From Azolla caroliniana (taxonomy: Eukaryota > Plantae > Polypodiophyta), in assembly GCA_043228905.1 (NCBI GenBank), contig JBHGNT010000021.1:4712001-4776000 (forward strand): a stretch of 64,000 nt of DNA, given 5' to 3'. How positions within the stretch are numbered: the stretch's first letter is position 1; the number at the start of each line of letters is the position of its first letter. Both the position numbers and the translations under genes were made by a program. The notes below the pieces were generated by a model. It was not told where the DNA came from, ran no database searches, and was given only the letters and a program-made list of their open reading frames with translations. Positions 22,106 through 34,225 of this stretch are shown here, in pieces.

Positions 22106-25100
22106 TCCCCTTTATTACGCAGGTCGATTTATTTATTAGGTTCAAACGAATGCATCCAACTATCAAAGTTCAACTACGAACATTTGAGTCTCTTAAGCCA
22201 CACTTTGTGAGACGCTTAAAGGATCGATACACATGTTGTTGCATTTACCATGTACAGATGGGTTTTCTGAAGGACTCTGTTAATCTACTATGTCACCATA
22301 GTGCATCCCTAACTAATACAGTTTACACATGTGGGTGCCCAATCTGTCGATCAAGCCCGCAAGAGGAGTGTAAATCATCTGAGCACGTTATCTCTTCCAT
22401 GAGTTATTTATTAGATTCAATATTGTGTCCGAGAGAAACTGACGCTATCTTCCATATTCATAAATGTGTCATGGGTTTATGTCAAGATTGTGGCCCTACT
22501 AGATTTAGGTGGTGTCCAAATGAATTGAGTAGTGAAATATTGATCTCTGTGAAGTTCTTTGAGTCAGTGAACACCAATTTCGAAGGAAAGGTGTGTAAAA
22601 GAAAGGAACTAGTTCGGAAGATGCTTAAACCAAGGGATTTGGTGTCTCTGTTTGTAGTATCTCTAGGAAAGTTCATTAAACACAACTTCATTTATTCATG
22701 GCAGGCCCATCAGTTTAAGACTTCCATATCTGATTTCCCAAATGATGTAGTAATATCAGTAGTAGATTTCGCAGAGAATTATACTTTCAAGCAGCAGAAT
22801 GAAATTCAATCTATGCATTGGTGTTCAGTTCAGGTAACCATTTTTGTGCACATAACATATTTTCGAGTTTCAGGTGATGTTAAAAAAGTAATTCATTTCT
22901 TTATTTCTGATGATAAGAAGCATGATACCTTGTTCGTCCAACACTGTTTTAAGTTACATTGGCAGTGGTTATTAGCTCAACGTTTGGAGCTTACTCAACA
23001 TTGGGTCTAGTCTGACGGAGCTGCGTCACAATTCAAGGCTCGACGTCCATTTTATTTTGTGGGGAGGTATCCTACTATAACAGGTTTGGAGATGAGATGG
23101 AATTTTTTTGGGTCTGGCCATGGTAAAGGTGAACATGATGGTGCAAGGGCTGTTATAAAGCGGGCACTTACCCATGAACAACTAAAGACAGATGGTGTGC
23201 ACATGAATTGTGCATCACATGTAGTTGAATTTTTAAGAACAAATATGTCAACGAGTGCAACAGGTGTTTATTCTTCGCAAGTCCGAGATATCAAACGTGA
23301 ATTTTGGGAAGTGAAGATAGATGAAGTAAATAGGGAGAAGACCTCGGAGTGCCAAGGAATTCCCGAATTGCGATCTCTGCATGCTGTTCGCGGTTATTCC
23401 AGGTTGGATGATCATTGTATTGCGGTTAGAGAATTGACTTGTTTTTGCTTCCATTGTGTGCAGGGAAATTGGAGATATTGTCTAAACAAAGCATACATTC
23501 AGAATTGGGAGTATCACACTCTGAATGATAAGGAAGCAGTTGATGGAGAAACAGGGTAGAATGCTGACTTCACATATCAAGGACTTGGAGATACTTTGAG
23601 TGATGTCCTGAACGTTGGGGAAAACTTCGTTGTAAATGCTTAAGAAGGCGATTCAAAGGGTGTTGATTTCTATATATTGAAGTGCGCGGTTAGTAAACAG
23701 TGTGCAAGGCAGAATATTGTAGATGCATGGGGAAATTTTGTATCTGCCGGGACATTCCACATCAAAGGCATTTTTTATGCAAAACTAGAATGAGTACGAA
23801 TATGTGTACAGGCTGTTAGAAGACAAACCAGCGGCATACATGTACTCTCATTTGGTCAGGTGCATCAACGTCCCAATGTCAGAATACAATAGCTGCTCAG
23901 GTTTATACACTGTTGGTGCTAATGTGTATGAATGTATTTACAATAGTATGCCATGGAATTTGTAGCTACAAGTAGCAATTACCATGTTCTCTTGTAAAAC
24001 AAACATGTATTTCGCGAAAACAGTTAAATAAATTCGTTTGAGAATCAATTTCTTGTATACAGTCTGCTTTCTGTGCTTCTTTCTCAATAAAATCATGTCT
24101 TTTTTGTTAAGTTTTAAGTTATAAGTTATAGCGAAATAGTCATCAGTAGCTAATTAGCTGTACAAATGCAGCTAATTAGCTGTCAATAGCTAAATAGTCA
24201 TCAATAGCATGAAATCAACAATCTGCAACATATTCCTCAAATTACACAATAGATAAGTACAGTGGGAACAAGTAATTAAATTCTTCATTGAATAATTTCA
24301 TCTCTTTACATATTTATAAATTACCATTGGAAATGTCTACAAATCTCCTATAAACAGCTAAGTTCTTGCTAGTCAGTGGAACAAGTCTACATATATTATC
24401 CGCATATCGATCTCGGTATGGAGTCCACAACCATGCACCTACTTGGCAGCTCACTGTTTGCACCAGGTACTGTTCAGGCATTTCCTCGGGTAGAATGAGA
24501 CAGCATCTCCGAATATTGAAGTAGTGCTGAAAATGTTCTGTATCCAAAATCAATGTATTGTTGGCATTATATTCAGGCCAAGTAGCCCAAAAATCAGAAA
24601 GTCTCTTGAATCTTGCAGCTTCCATTTGCTCACAATTTTCTCGTGCCCATTGACCTTTAAAACGACTTCGCCATTTTGGGAAGAATCTTGCTAAACGCTT
24701 CCACACATCTGATTTTGGTTTTTCACTCCAAATAAACAAATCAAAGTATTGCACAGCCCACTCTAGAAACTGATTCGCGTCCCTCCTTGGCTACATATAT
24801 CTCACACTCATCAAGACTTTATCAAGCTCCAAGATCAAGGCTCTTCTTTCGACTTCTAGTGGTTTAGGTTTCCATTCCTGAAACTGAGCCGCTGTTACAC
24901 CATTTTTTGGTAGGACACGATCAATCTCAATCAGCTCAAGTTCGGCCGACACAATTGGCGTCCTTTTCCTTTTCAAACCCCTAGTCGACTGTGTTGGGCT
25001 TGGCTTCACATTCTGGTGCTCTTGTTTTGTCAACTAAGTTATCAATCCTTGGATTACCTCGGTGCATATAGCTACTGATCTGCTCGATATCAATCCACTG

Positions 25101-26129
25101 GTATCACATGTTGCATCTACCTGCAACACCAAGTCATCCGTGCAACGTGCTGCATCTACCTGCAACACCAAGTCATCTGTGCAACATGCTTGATCAACTT
25201 GTGTGACCAGATCACTTCTGTCAGTTGCTACATCTACTTTCAAGATGGGGCCCTTTAAACATGCCACAACATCAATAGTATCCACACTGCCATTCGCCTT
25301 GCGAGCAATAGAATCAAACCCTTTAGACTCTGCAACATCAAAAAACACCAACATATTCACACTCACAAAGTAACTAACAGTCTCACAAAACAACATCCTG
25401 AACATCAAAGAGTTTCAGTCATAGAACAACACTCTTCAAATTATCTTGGAAAAACATCATAGAGTTCCATTACATAATGTGGATCAAGTAACAACCAATC
25501 TGAGGTTTTACTTGTCCAACAGGATAGTAAAACTTCATAAAACCCTATAAAAATCCCTAAGCTAACAATCAAATCCAACTAAACAGTATTTCGCTCCACT
25601 ACGTCTGGGCCCCTTAACCGAGTAACTGGTCTTGTTCCCGATCGTGGCCCCTTCTTCAGCCTTTTTCTTGCCGGTTGCTCATTTAGCCTTGCTTCTTTCA
25701 CCCAATGCGCAAGAGTGTCCTCCTCCGACAACCTTCCCATCACCTCAACAGCTAATTGCACATCAGTCGTTTCTTGAACTAGCTTTTCAAGTACAGATGG
25801 ATCTGTTTGGACATTTTCAGTAGTTGGGCTCGGTGGGGTGGAATCAAGGTCTTGAGATTCCAAGAAATGTTGCATCAAGTGTTCATAAACACTGTTGTTG
25901 TGAACCTCAGTTTTACATGTTGTTTCCACTATTTCATGGCATTTCACATCTTTGCCTAATTCAGTACATTGTTCCAAAAGAATAGGGTGGAGCTGATCTG
26001 AAGGAGATGTGATAGCAGGACTCTTACTTTCAGCCACGTTGGCAGCAGTATCCTCATCAGTTGCAGCGTCATCAGCACCAGACACATCATGTGCCATCCT
26101 TAATCCACAAGATTCTACAATAACATGGC

Positions 26130-27720
26130 AGCTATTTAGGATAGCTAATTAGCTAGTACGATAGCTAATTAGCTAGTACGATAGCTAATTAGGATAGCTA
26201 ATTAGCTACTTTACTCAACTATGGTAGTAGCTAGGATACCTAATTAGCTACTATGGTAGCTAATTAGCTACTTTACTTAATTATGGTAGTAGCTAGGATA
26301 GCTAATTAGCTACTTTACTCAACTATGGTAGTAGCTAGGATAGCTAATTAGCTACTTTACTAACTATGGTAGCTAGGATAGCTAATTAGCTACTATGGTA
26401 GCTAATTAGCTACTTTACTCAACTATGGTAGTAACTAGGATAGCTAATTAGCTACTTTACTCAACTATGGTAGTAGCTAGGATGGCTAATTATCTACTAT
26501 GGTAGCTAATTAGCTACTTTACTCAACTATGGTAGTAGCTAGGATAGCTAATTAGCTACTTTACTAACTATGGTAGTAGCTAGGATAGCTAATTAGCTAC
26601 TATGGTAGTTAATTAGCTACTTTACTCAACTATGGTAGTAGCTAGGATAGCTAATTAGCTACTTTACTCAACTATGGTAGTAGCTAGGATAGCTAATCAG
26701 CTACTAGGATAGCTAATTAGCTAGTAGGATAGCTAATTAGCTACAATGATAGCTAATTATCTACTTTCTCAACTATGTAGTAGCTAGGATAGCTAATATT
26801 CTCAACTATGTAGTAGTTAGGATAGCTTATTAGCTACTAGGATAGCTAATTAGCTGCCAGTAGCTAATTAGCTGCCTGTAGCTAATTAGCTACTAGGATA
26901 GCTTATTAGCTACTAGGATAGCTAATTAGCTGCCAGTAGCTAATTAGCTGCCTGTAGCTAATTAGCTACTAGGATAGCTAATTAGTTGCTAGTAGCTAAT
27001 TAGCTGCCTGTAGCTAATTAGCTACTAGGATAGCTAATTAGTTGCTAGTAGCTAATTAGCTAGTAGGATAGCTAATTAGCTTTTTTACACAACTATGGTA
27101 CTAGCTAATTAGCTAGTACCATAGCTAATTAGCTACTAGGATAGCTAATTAGCTGCCAATAGCTAATTAGCTACTAGGATAGCTAATTAGCTACCAATAG
27201 CTAATTAGCTACTAGGATAGCTAATTAGTTGCCAATAGCTTATTAGCTACTTTACACAACTATGACAGTAGCTAATTAGCTAGTAGGATAGCTAATTAGC
27301 TACTATCCTAGCTAATTAGCTAGTAGGATAGCTAATTAGTTGCCAGTAGCTAATTAGCTAGTAGGATAGCTAATTAGTTGCCAGTAGCTAATTAGCTAGT
27401 AGGATAGCTAATTAGCTACTTTACACAACTATGGTGCTAGCTAATTAGCTATGAGTAGCTAATTAGCTAGTAGCTAACTAGCTGCCAGTAGCTAATTAGC
27501 TGCCAGTAGGATAGATAATTAGCTAGTAGCTAACTAGCTGCCACTTAGCTAATTAACTACTGTAGTAAACTATGGCAGTAGCTAATTAACTAATAGGATA
27601 GCTATTAGCTGCTTTAATCAACTATGGTAGTAGCTAATTAGCTACAACAATAGCAACAAAATAGTTTCCATACTTTTTACGGCTTAGCTAATTAGAAAAG
27701 ACTAAGCTTATTAGCTACAG
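26130..27720. repeat. ~1.6-kb array of palindromic TAGCTAATTAGCTA units in a probable intron of the second gene
   Basis: Same 14-mer as at 21465-22105, with higher-order spacers (CTTTACTCAACTATGGTAGTAGCTAGGA; GCCAGT). Confidence 0.95.
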
Positions 27721-29134
27721 TATGGTATACCTGTTAGTTTTCTCCACTCATTTGGTAGAGTTGTACTACAATCTCCCAAACAGAATGCAGCAATTCGATA
27801 GGCATGTTGAAAACAAAGCAGATGGTATGTGTGGTTGCATGGTTGTAGGTGAACCAACAAAGACGTAGTTTTGTCCTCCACACCTAACCCGCTTGAACTG
27901 TCAATAAATCATTTTCTGGTTCTCCTTCATTTGGTAAGGGAGCAAGAATGTTCAGGTCCAAATCCTGTCTGGTCCTTACCATTGCCTCCACAAAATGTAG
28001 CTGCTTCTTAAGGCAACTAACTACCTGTTCTTGATGAATGTATTGTTCCTTCAACGCAACAGAGAAATTTACCGATTAATTATTCCTGTTGTTGAAAGAT
28101 ACACCAACTTTGCTCAGGAATCGTTAACTTACTTGAAGCTTATCCAAATTGTAATCTGCAATAGTATTTACACCTAGAAGGTCCAGGTTCATTGAAAGAA
28201 CCTGGATCTCTATTTGCAGTTATATTTTACGTTGGGGATCCAGATACCCCTCTAATTCAAGCTCCTGTTGCGCAACCTATTCCAGATAATGCTTGATTAG
28301 CACATTTTACCCTTATAGTTATTTATAACACAATCACATACCGGCAAAACAATAGTTACCTGAATCTTATTTCTAATCGTTGTAACAGCGGAAGTAACTT
28401 TGGTCTCCATTGTAGAAGCCATTGTGGCTTTCTCTAAATCAGTCTTAAAAAATGCCAATGTCTCACAGGCTTCATGGACATTTTTTAGCATATAGCTAAC
28501 CAATGTCTCACCTGTATCTTCAACATTGGCTTTCCTTCGGTGTCGGTGTGGTGTATGCCCTTGGTCTTGCTGGGAGTCGACAATTGCATCAACAGCTGCC
28601 ATGCTCCAAAATCTATCTATTTTTTGTGCCAAGGTGCCCATCTTTTTATCGATGCCTCACCATAGACTGCCCAAGCTACCCTATACATTTCAAGGTCTCT
28701 GGATTCCTTCACTGTTTTGTAATACTCATATGCAAATGCTCTAACAAATGAAATTGACAACTCATTGTTGACTGGGATCTCCTGATGAACTTTCTGGTGC
28801 AACCTCATGCCGTCATCGTACAAGTCGGCTCGTACATGCTTCAGCTTGACCTTGCCTTTGACTCTAGGCATTGTATATACTGTCATCCAGTCTACATCAC
28901 TGATCAATTTATCACTTAGGACAGCAGGGTCAACACCCTCGAGTGACAGACCATAGTTGTTGTGGAAGTCCTCCTTTGTCTCGCAAAATTTTGCAAAGTT
29001 TAGCACTCTCGGATACGGAGGAACGAGCCATCTGAAATATCATTTCAAAAATCAGAAATAGTGCAAAATCAGAATATGTCAGAATCAAAAACCCCAATCA
29101 ACAACAACAGAAATAGTGCAAAATCTTTAACTTA

Positions 29135-29590
29135 GCAAATTAGAAACCCTAATCATAATTTGTATTCAGAAATTTGAAATCAGAAACCCTAATCAAAATC
29201 TGTAATCAGAAGTTTGAAATCAGAAACCCTAATCAAAATCTGTAATCAAAAGTTTGTAACCAGAAACCCTATTCAGAAATTCTAATCAGAAATTTATAAT
29301 CAAAAACCCTAATCAGAAATTTATAATCACAAACCCTAATCAGAAATCCTAAACAGAAATTTATAAACAAAAACCCTATTCAGAAATTCTAATCTATAAT
29401 CAAAATTTGTAACCAGAAACCCTATTCAAAAATTCTAATCAAAAATTTATAATCAAAAACCCTAATCAGAAATTTCAATCAAAAACCCTAATCAGAAATT
29501 TCAATCACAAACCCTGATCAGAAATTCTAATCAGAAATTTATAAACAAAAACCCTAATCAGAAATTTCAATCAAAAACCCCAATCATCAC
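29135..29590. repeat. Telo-box-containing minisatellite (AAACCCTAATCAGAAATTT..) in the probable first intron of the second gene
   Basis: More than 10 degenerate AAACCCTA(A/T)TCA(G/A)AA units. Confidence 0.85.
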
Positions 29591-32500
29591 TAAAGACAGG
29601 ATTAAACACAAAAAAAGTAATATAAACACACCTGCTGCTACTCCCCGATCTGCAAGACATCCTTGTATGGGACTCCAAGGACTTCGCCCTATTCGATTTT
29701 GGGGAAATATGAATCGGCACCAAAGTTCAGACAGTAATCAAAAAGAAAAAACAAATGTTTGGGGTTTCTGTAATTGAAACATACCTGGACGATGATCGAG
29801 CGGGTTCTGTGTTGTAGCTCTCAATCTGCAATGTCGATTTTATGTTGCTGCGGGAGCTACGTCTACGTTCGTGCTCTGAGTACTCCATCTGCGTTCAAAA
29901 TCAAACTTAGGCTAAACAGGAAATTGATGACATTGAAGTCGACCTTAGATGATGGTGCTATTCCCCAAGTTCCACTACGTCTGAAACAGAAGTTCAAATA
30001 TTTGAGTTTTTTCATAAATTAGTTTTTCAAATATTTGATTTTTCCACAAAAAAGACTAGCTAAACAAATAGCTAATTAGCTATGGCCATTTTAGTAGCTA
30101 ATTAGCTATAATAGTGTTTCCACTCGCATGTTTTTACCATGTAGTAAGCCATAGGATCGGTGACGAGGACTCTTTGATCGACAACATATATCACAGCTAC
30201 GAACATACTCCTCAACAAAATGACGAAGGCGAGGCCACCAATAGCGTCAAGAAATTAATTCTAGAGTCTTGCGAACTCCAAAATGACCAGCCATTGGTGA
30301 GTCATGGCAATGTTGTAAAACTTGTAGCCGTGAGGGACCATCAGGAACATACAATAGATTTTGTCGAAATAGAAAACCACCATGCCAATAGAACTGACAA
30401 TAGTCATTACGAGGATTTTTCGACCGTGAGCAAGAAGCACGATCCAGGATGATATGATCCAAAACATCCTTGGCGAAATCATCAGTGGCCATATGATCTC
30501 GAATGGAATCAAGAAGAGTGGAATTTTCAAGAGTTGTTATGGCGTTAACTACCATTAATCGTAATCGATTAGGACCCAAAAGGATTTGTTTTTTATGCTC
30601 AAATGCAGGTTCCCCTGGACGAAGTTCCATATGAGAGTGCCGAGAAAGAGCATATGTTTTGCCTTGCTGCATCCCAGGGCGATATATGATGATAAAGTCG
30701 AAGTGAGTCAAAAATTGCGCCCACCGGGCTTGATGCCGACTCAAGACTCGAGCATTTTGGAAATAAGTCAAGTTCTTATGATCATTGTAGACAATGATCT
30801 GCTGAGAAGAACCTTCTAGAAAATGTCGCCATTGTTGAAAGAATCCACGATTGCAAGAAGCTCTTTGTCATGGATCTCATAGTTGATCTCTACAGCTTCA
30901 AACTTTCGTGAATGAAAGGCGACAGGGTGTAGTTGTCCATCATCTCCAGTCTGCGAGAGGACACTCCCTAGTGCAAAATCGGATGCATCGGCTTCGAGGA
31001 TGAAGCGTTTTGTTGGGTCAACATGTGCTAAGATAGGTGTCGTTGTAAATGCTCGTTTTAAGCTTTCAAATGCATCGTCTACATCTGAACTCCATATAAA
31101 TGGTTGATCTTTATGTGTGAGCTGAGTAAGCGAAAGCACAACCTTGGAATAATCTTTAATAAATTTTCGATAAAAATTTGCAAACCTAAGAAAACATTGC
31201 ACATCACGCACTGAAAGGAGCGTTTGCCACTCTAAAATTGCTTGTACCTTCATGGGGTCCATAGCAATACCATCTGATGATACAACATACCCCAAAAATT
31301 CCACTTGATTCTGGCCAAAACTACACTTTTCTAATTTTGCGTAGAGACCATATTCTCAGAGTCGACGCAGTACCTGATGAACATGTTCGTCATGCTCCTC
31401 TTGGGTCTTCGAGTAGATTAAAATATCATCTAGGTAATTTATAGTGAAGATATCAAGAAAATCTCGAAAAATATCGTTTGCCATATGTTGGAAAACAACA
31501 GGTGCATTCGTGATACCGAATGGCATCATTGTATACTCAAAATGTCAATAGCGAGTGCATAAAGTTGTCTTCCATTCATCCCCCAGGCGAATCCGAACCA
31601 GATTATATGCTCCACAAAGGTCCAACTTCATGAAATATTTTGCACCACTGAGACATTCCAAAAGATTCGAGATTAATGGTAGAGCATATCTATTCCGGAT
31701 AGTTACTTTGTTTAGCCCTCTATAATCCATGACCAACCGAAGAGTCCCATTCTTCTTCTTAACGAAGAAGATAGGTGCACCAGCAGGGGATCTAGAATGC
31801 CAAATGAATCCATTTGCCAGATTCTCATCAATATATTCCTGCAAAGTCTCTAGCTCTACAGGGGAGAGATTATAAATTGGGCCCCATGGAGGTTCTTTCC
31901 CTGGTTGTAAGTCAATAGGGCAGTCGTATGGTTGATGCTCCGGCAATGTATTGGCCTTCACCTTATCAAAGACATCTGAAAACTCCTTGTATTTCTCTGG
32001 TAGTTTAATGTCCGCTTCACGTCAAGTGGATGATGGAGTTGCTACTATTGCGAAGACGAACATGGGCTCGTTGCCCCCTTCCTCCCGCAACTGTCGTAAA
32101 GAGATGGTCGATAACTCCGGGGATCTATTATCACATGTAGGAGAGAGGGATGCGGGGTTTGTGCTTTTTTCCCAGGTCTCCTCAATTGTTCTTTTCATCC
32201 AATCAATCTTTGGGTTATGGAGTTCAAACCAAGGGAGACCTAGAACTATTGGGTGTTCTGGACTACGAATAATGTTGAAAGAGATTATGCTTGCCAAATC
32301 GCCAAGAACTATCCTAATTGGCTCGGACTCCTCGACTATATCTCCTAATGCTATGGGATGTCCATCAATGACTCCTACGGCTACTGGGTTGGGAAGCTTA
32401 TTCAAGAGGATGTTTTGTGACAAGGCAAATTCACGATCCATGAAACAAGAGTTGGCTCCAGAATCTAGGAGGGCAGAGGCTAGGACTCGATGACATGTAG

Positions 32501-33803
32501 ATGTGGTAAGCTCGACTTGTGCTAAAAAAAATCGACTCACTTGATTTGATGAAATGGAACCACGACTAGGAACTAACTCTACATAGCTAGGATGGTCTAG
32601 CCAAATGGCTCCTATTTTGGCCAGACTTACTCGTTTAACACATCCTCTAATTGACTCAAGACATCGAATTTATTCTCATGGCATGGACTATGAGGCTTAT
32701 TTATGTTATTAGAAGTAACAATTGAACTCGATGTAGGGTTTTCATGGGCACTTGGTATACTTGACACCTAGGTTTATGTGGACAATTTACAGATATATGT
32801 CCTGGAACGCCACAATACAGGCAAAGGCGATGCGCTCGACGTCGTTGCTTCTTAGCATCTGATAACGGCCCACGACGTTGTGTTGACTCTATTTCCATCG
32901 GAGTTGGACCATCCCTTGTAATGGGTCTAGAAACTTGTGAAGGCGTTGCGACCACAGAAGCGTAAGTCTGCTCAGGTTGGCGGCGTAGCATTTGTTGGTG
33001 CTCAGAACGTCGCTCAAATAGGCGATTATCACATCACACGGCTCGACTAATGGCTTCTGTAAGGGACTTCAGATCTTCAGGGAAAGTAAGAAGAAGATCT
33101 TTGACATCATTTCTCAAACCTTGATGGAATTGATCCATTAAGGTCGCCTCATCCCAAGGGATATCACATGCCAAGAGACGGAAATCGGCTGCATAAGCTG
33201 ACGCGGGACGATCTCCTTGTCGGAGCCTTCGAATCTTGTTTATTGTTGTCTCCGAAACTAGCTTGAAACTCTTTAACAAATGCCTCGAAATCCTCCAACA
33301 ATGGTGATTTCTTCTCGAGAAGTGGTGCGAACCATGCTAACGCCGTACCACATAGCAAAGTTCCCACTAATCCCACACGAGCAGCATAAATTGGATACCG
33401 ATTGGGATGTAGCTGATTAACCAGACGAACTTGATTTAAAAAGCCTCGAAATAAAGTCCTTGTACCATCAAACTTAGCGAGGAGGCTGATCTTTGGCTCT
33501 CTAGGGGAGTTCTAAGCCCCCAACGCTAGCTCTCGTAATGACAATATAGTCGCCTCGAGTTGATGAATCCACTGTGATAACTCTTCATATTGTTGAGCTT
33601 TTTCGGCACTCACGTGTTGTAGATCTCCAAGTAGCCTTTGATTCTCATGCTCTAATGCCACAAATTTATTCGTGAGCATGTCGAGCTCAGAAATAACACG
33701 CATATATTCTTGTTTGCTCACGGACTCCATAGCTTACGAGGGGAGAGGAGAAGGGAGAAGAGAACTTGTTAGGGTTTGTGGAAGACGAAGAGATGAAAGG
33801 AAA

Positions 33804-33972
33804 AAATTGGTTCAAACTGTCAAGACTGAGAGAGAGAAAGAGAGATAGAGAGATAGAGAGATAATTGAAAGAGAATTATTATATTGAAGAGTAAAATGGA
33901 TTACAAAGAGTAGGCTACAAAATGGCGTTGAACCAATTTAGGTTTGGGATGGGTGGTAGATCCCTATTTATA
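33804..33972 (-). promoter_or_regulatory. Self-priming PBS of element B, with its LTR complement and TATA box
   Basis: On the element strand, TTGAACCAATTT (33815-33804) just after the 5' LTR is complementary to AAATTGGTTCAA (33939-33928). That complement starts 25 nt downstream of TATAAATA (33972-33965). No tRNA-type PBS is present. Confidence 0.8.
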
Positions 33973-34157
33973 AGTAATAGAGAACACTCTAGAATATTCT
34001 AGGTTATCCTAGAATGTAGAGTAATCTAGAAGATCTCTAGAGTATTCTAGAAGGTTCTAGTGGTATAGAACACTCTAGAATATTCTAGGTCATTCTAGAA
34101 TGTATAGAATATTCCTATGATATTAGATTTCATATTCTAAAAACTATACATATAAGA

Positions 34158-34225
34158 ATATTAATACAATAGTTAAGGATTTGACATGTTGTATAACAAG
34201 GTTGTGGGTTCAAATCCTTTCGAGT
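34158..34225 (+). promoter_or_regulatory. tRNA-like Pol III A/B-box module in the B LTR (other copy 4782-4836)
   Basis: TAATA(C/T)AAT(A/G)GTTAAG ... GG(T/G)TCAAATCC; 44-45 nt spacing. Confidence 0.6.

Larger units (their letters stand above)
6972..23965 (+). pseudogene. Sola2-like DDD transposase, inactivated by a frameshift, stop codons and the insertion of C; one intron at 21402-22122
   Basis: Reconstructed as FWTNESRVSPNKKDLCRKR|VGRNQYEEHPIHLLDVPQ^VDLFIRFKRMHPTIKVQLRTFESLKP...CCCIYH...VDFAENYTFKQQNEIQSMHW...ISDDKKHD...SDGAASQFK...WNFFGSGHGKGEHDG...CFCFHC. The GT..AG intron joins in frame. Confidence 0.85.
24314..29660 (-). pseudogene. Second, multi-exon gene of the DNA transposon; C-terminal FCP1/NIF-like HAD phosphatase homology region with a degenerate active site
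   Basis: ORF pieces 28617-29006, 28297-28641, 25579-26097, 25034-25408, 24791-25033 and 24314-24754. RALILELDKVLMS...RRDANQFLEWAVQYFDLFIWS...NNTLILD resembles LxLDLDETL..RP..xxFL...FELxxWT...NTLIxDD. A candidate first exon MSCRSGSSS^GT lies at ~29660-29633. The exon model is approximate. Confidence 0.6.
6033..30139 (+). mobile_element. Large Sola2-like DNA transposon (~10.4 kb once nested element C is removed) with two convergent genes
   Basis: TIRs GGGTGAAAGCATGTGAGTGGAAACA (6033-6057) and TGTTTCCACTCGCATGTTTTTACCA (30115-30139), 21/25 matches. 4-bp TSD TGTA at 6029-6032 and 30140-30143. Removing it restores the B integrase frame. Confidence 0.88.

Noticed and set aside
21465-27720. Palindromic repeat arrays as CRISPR
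   Set aside because: Spacers are short and themselves repeated, there are no cas genes, and the context is eukaryotic introns.
29135-29590. Interstitial telomere
   Set aside because: Single AAACCCTA motifs embedded in longer units, not (CCCTAAA)n.
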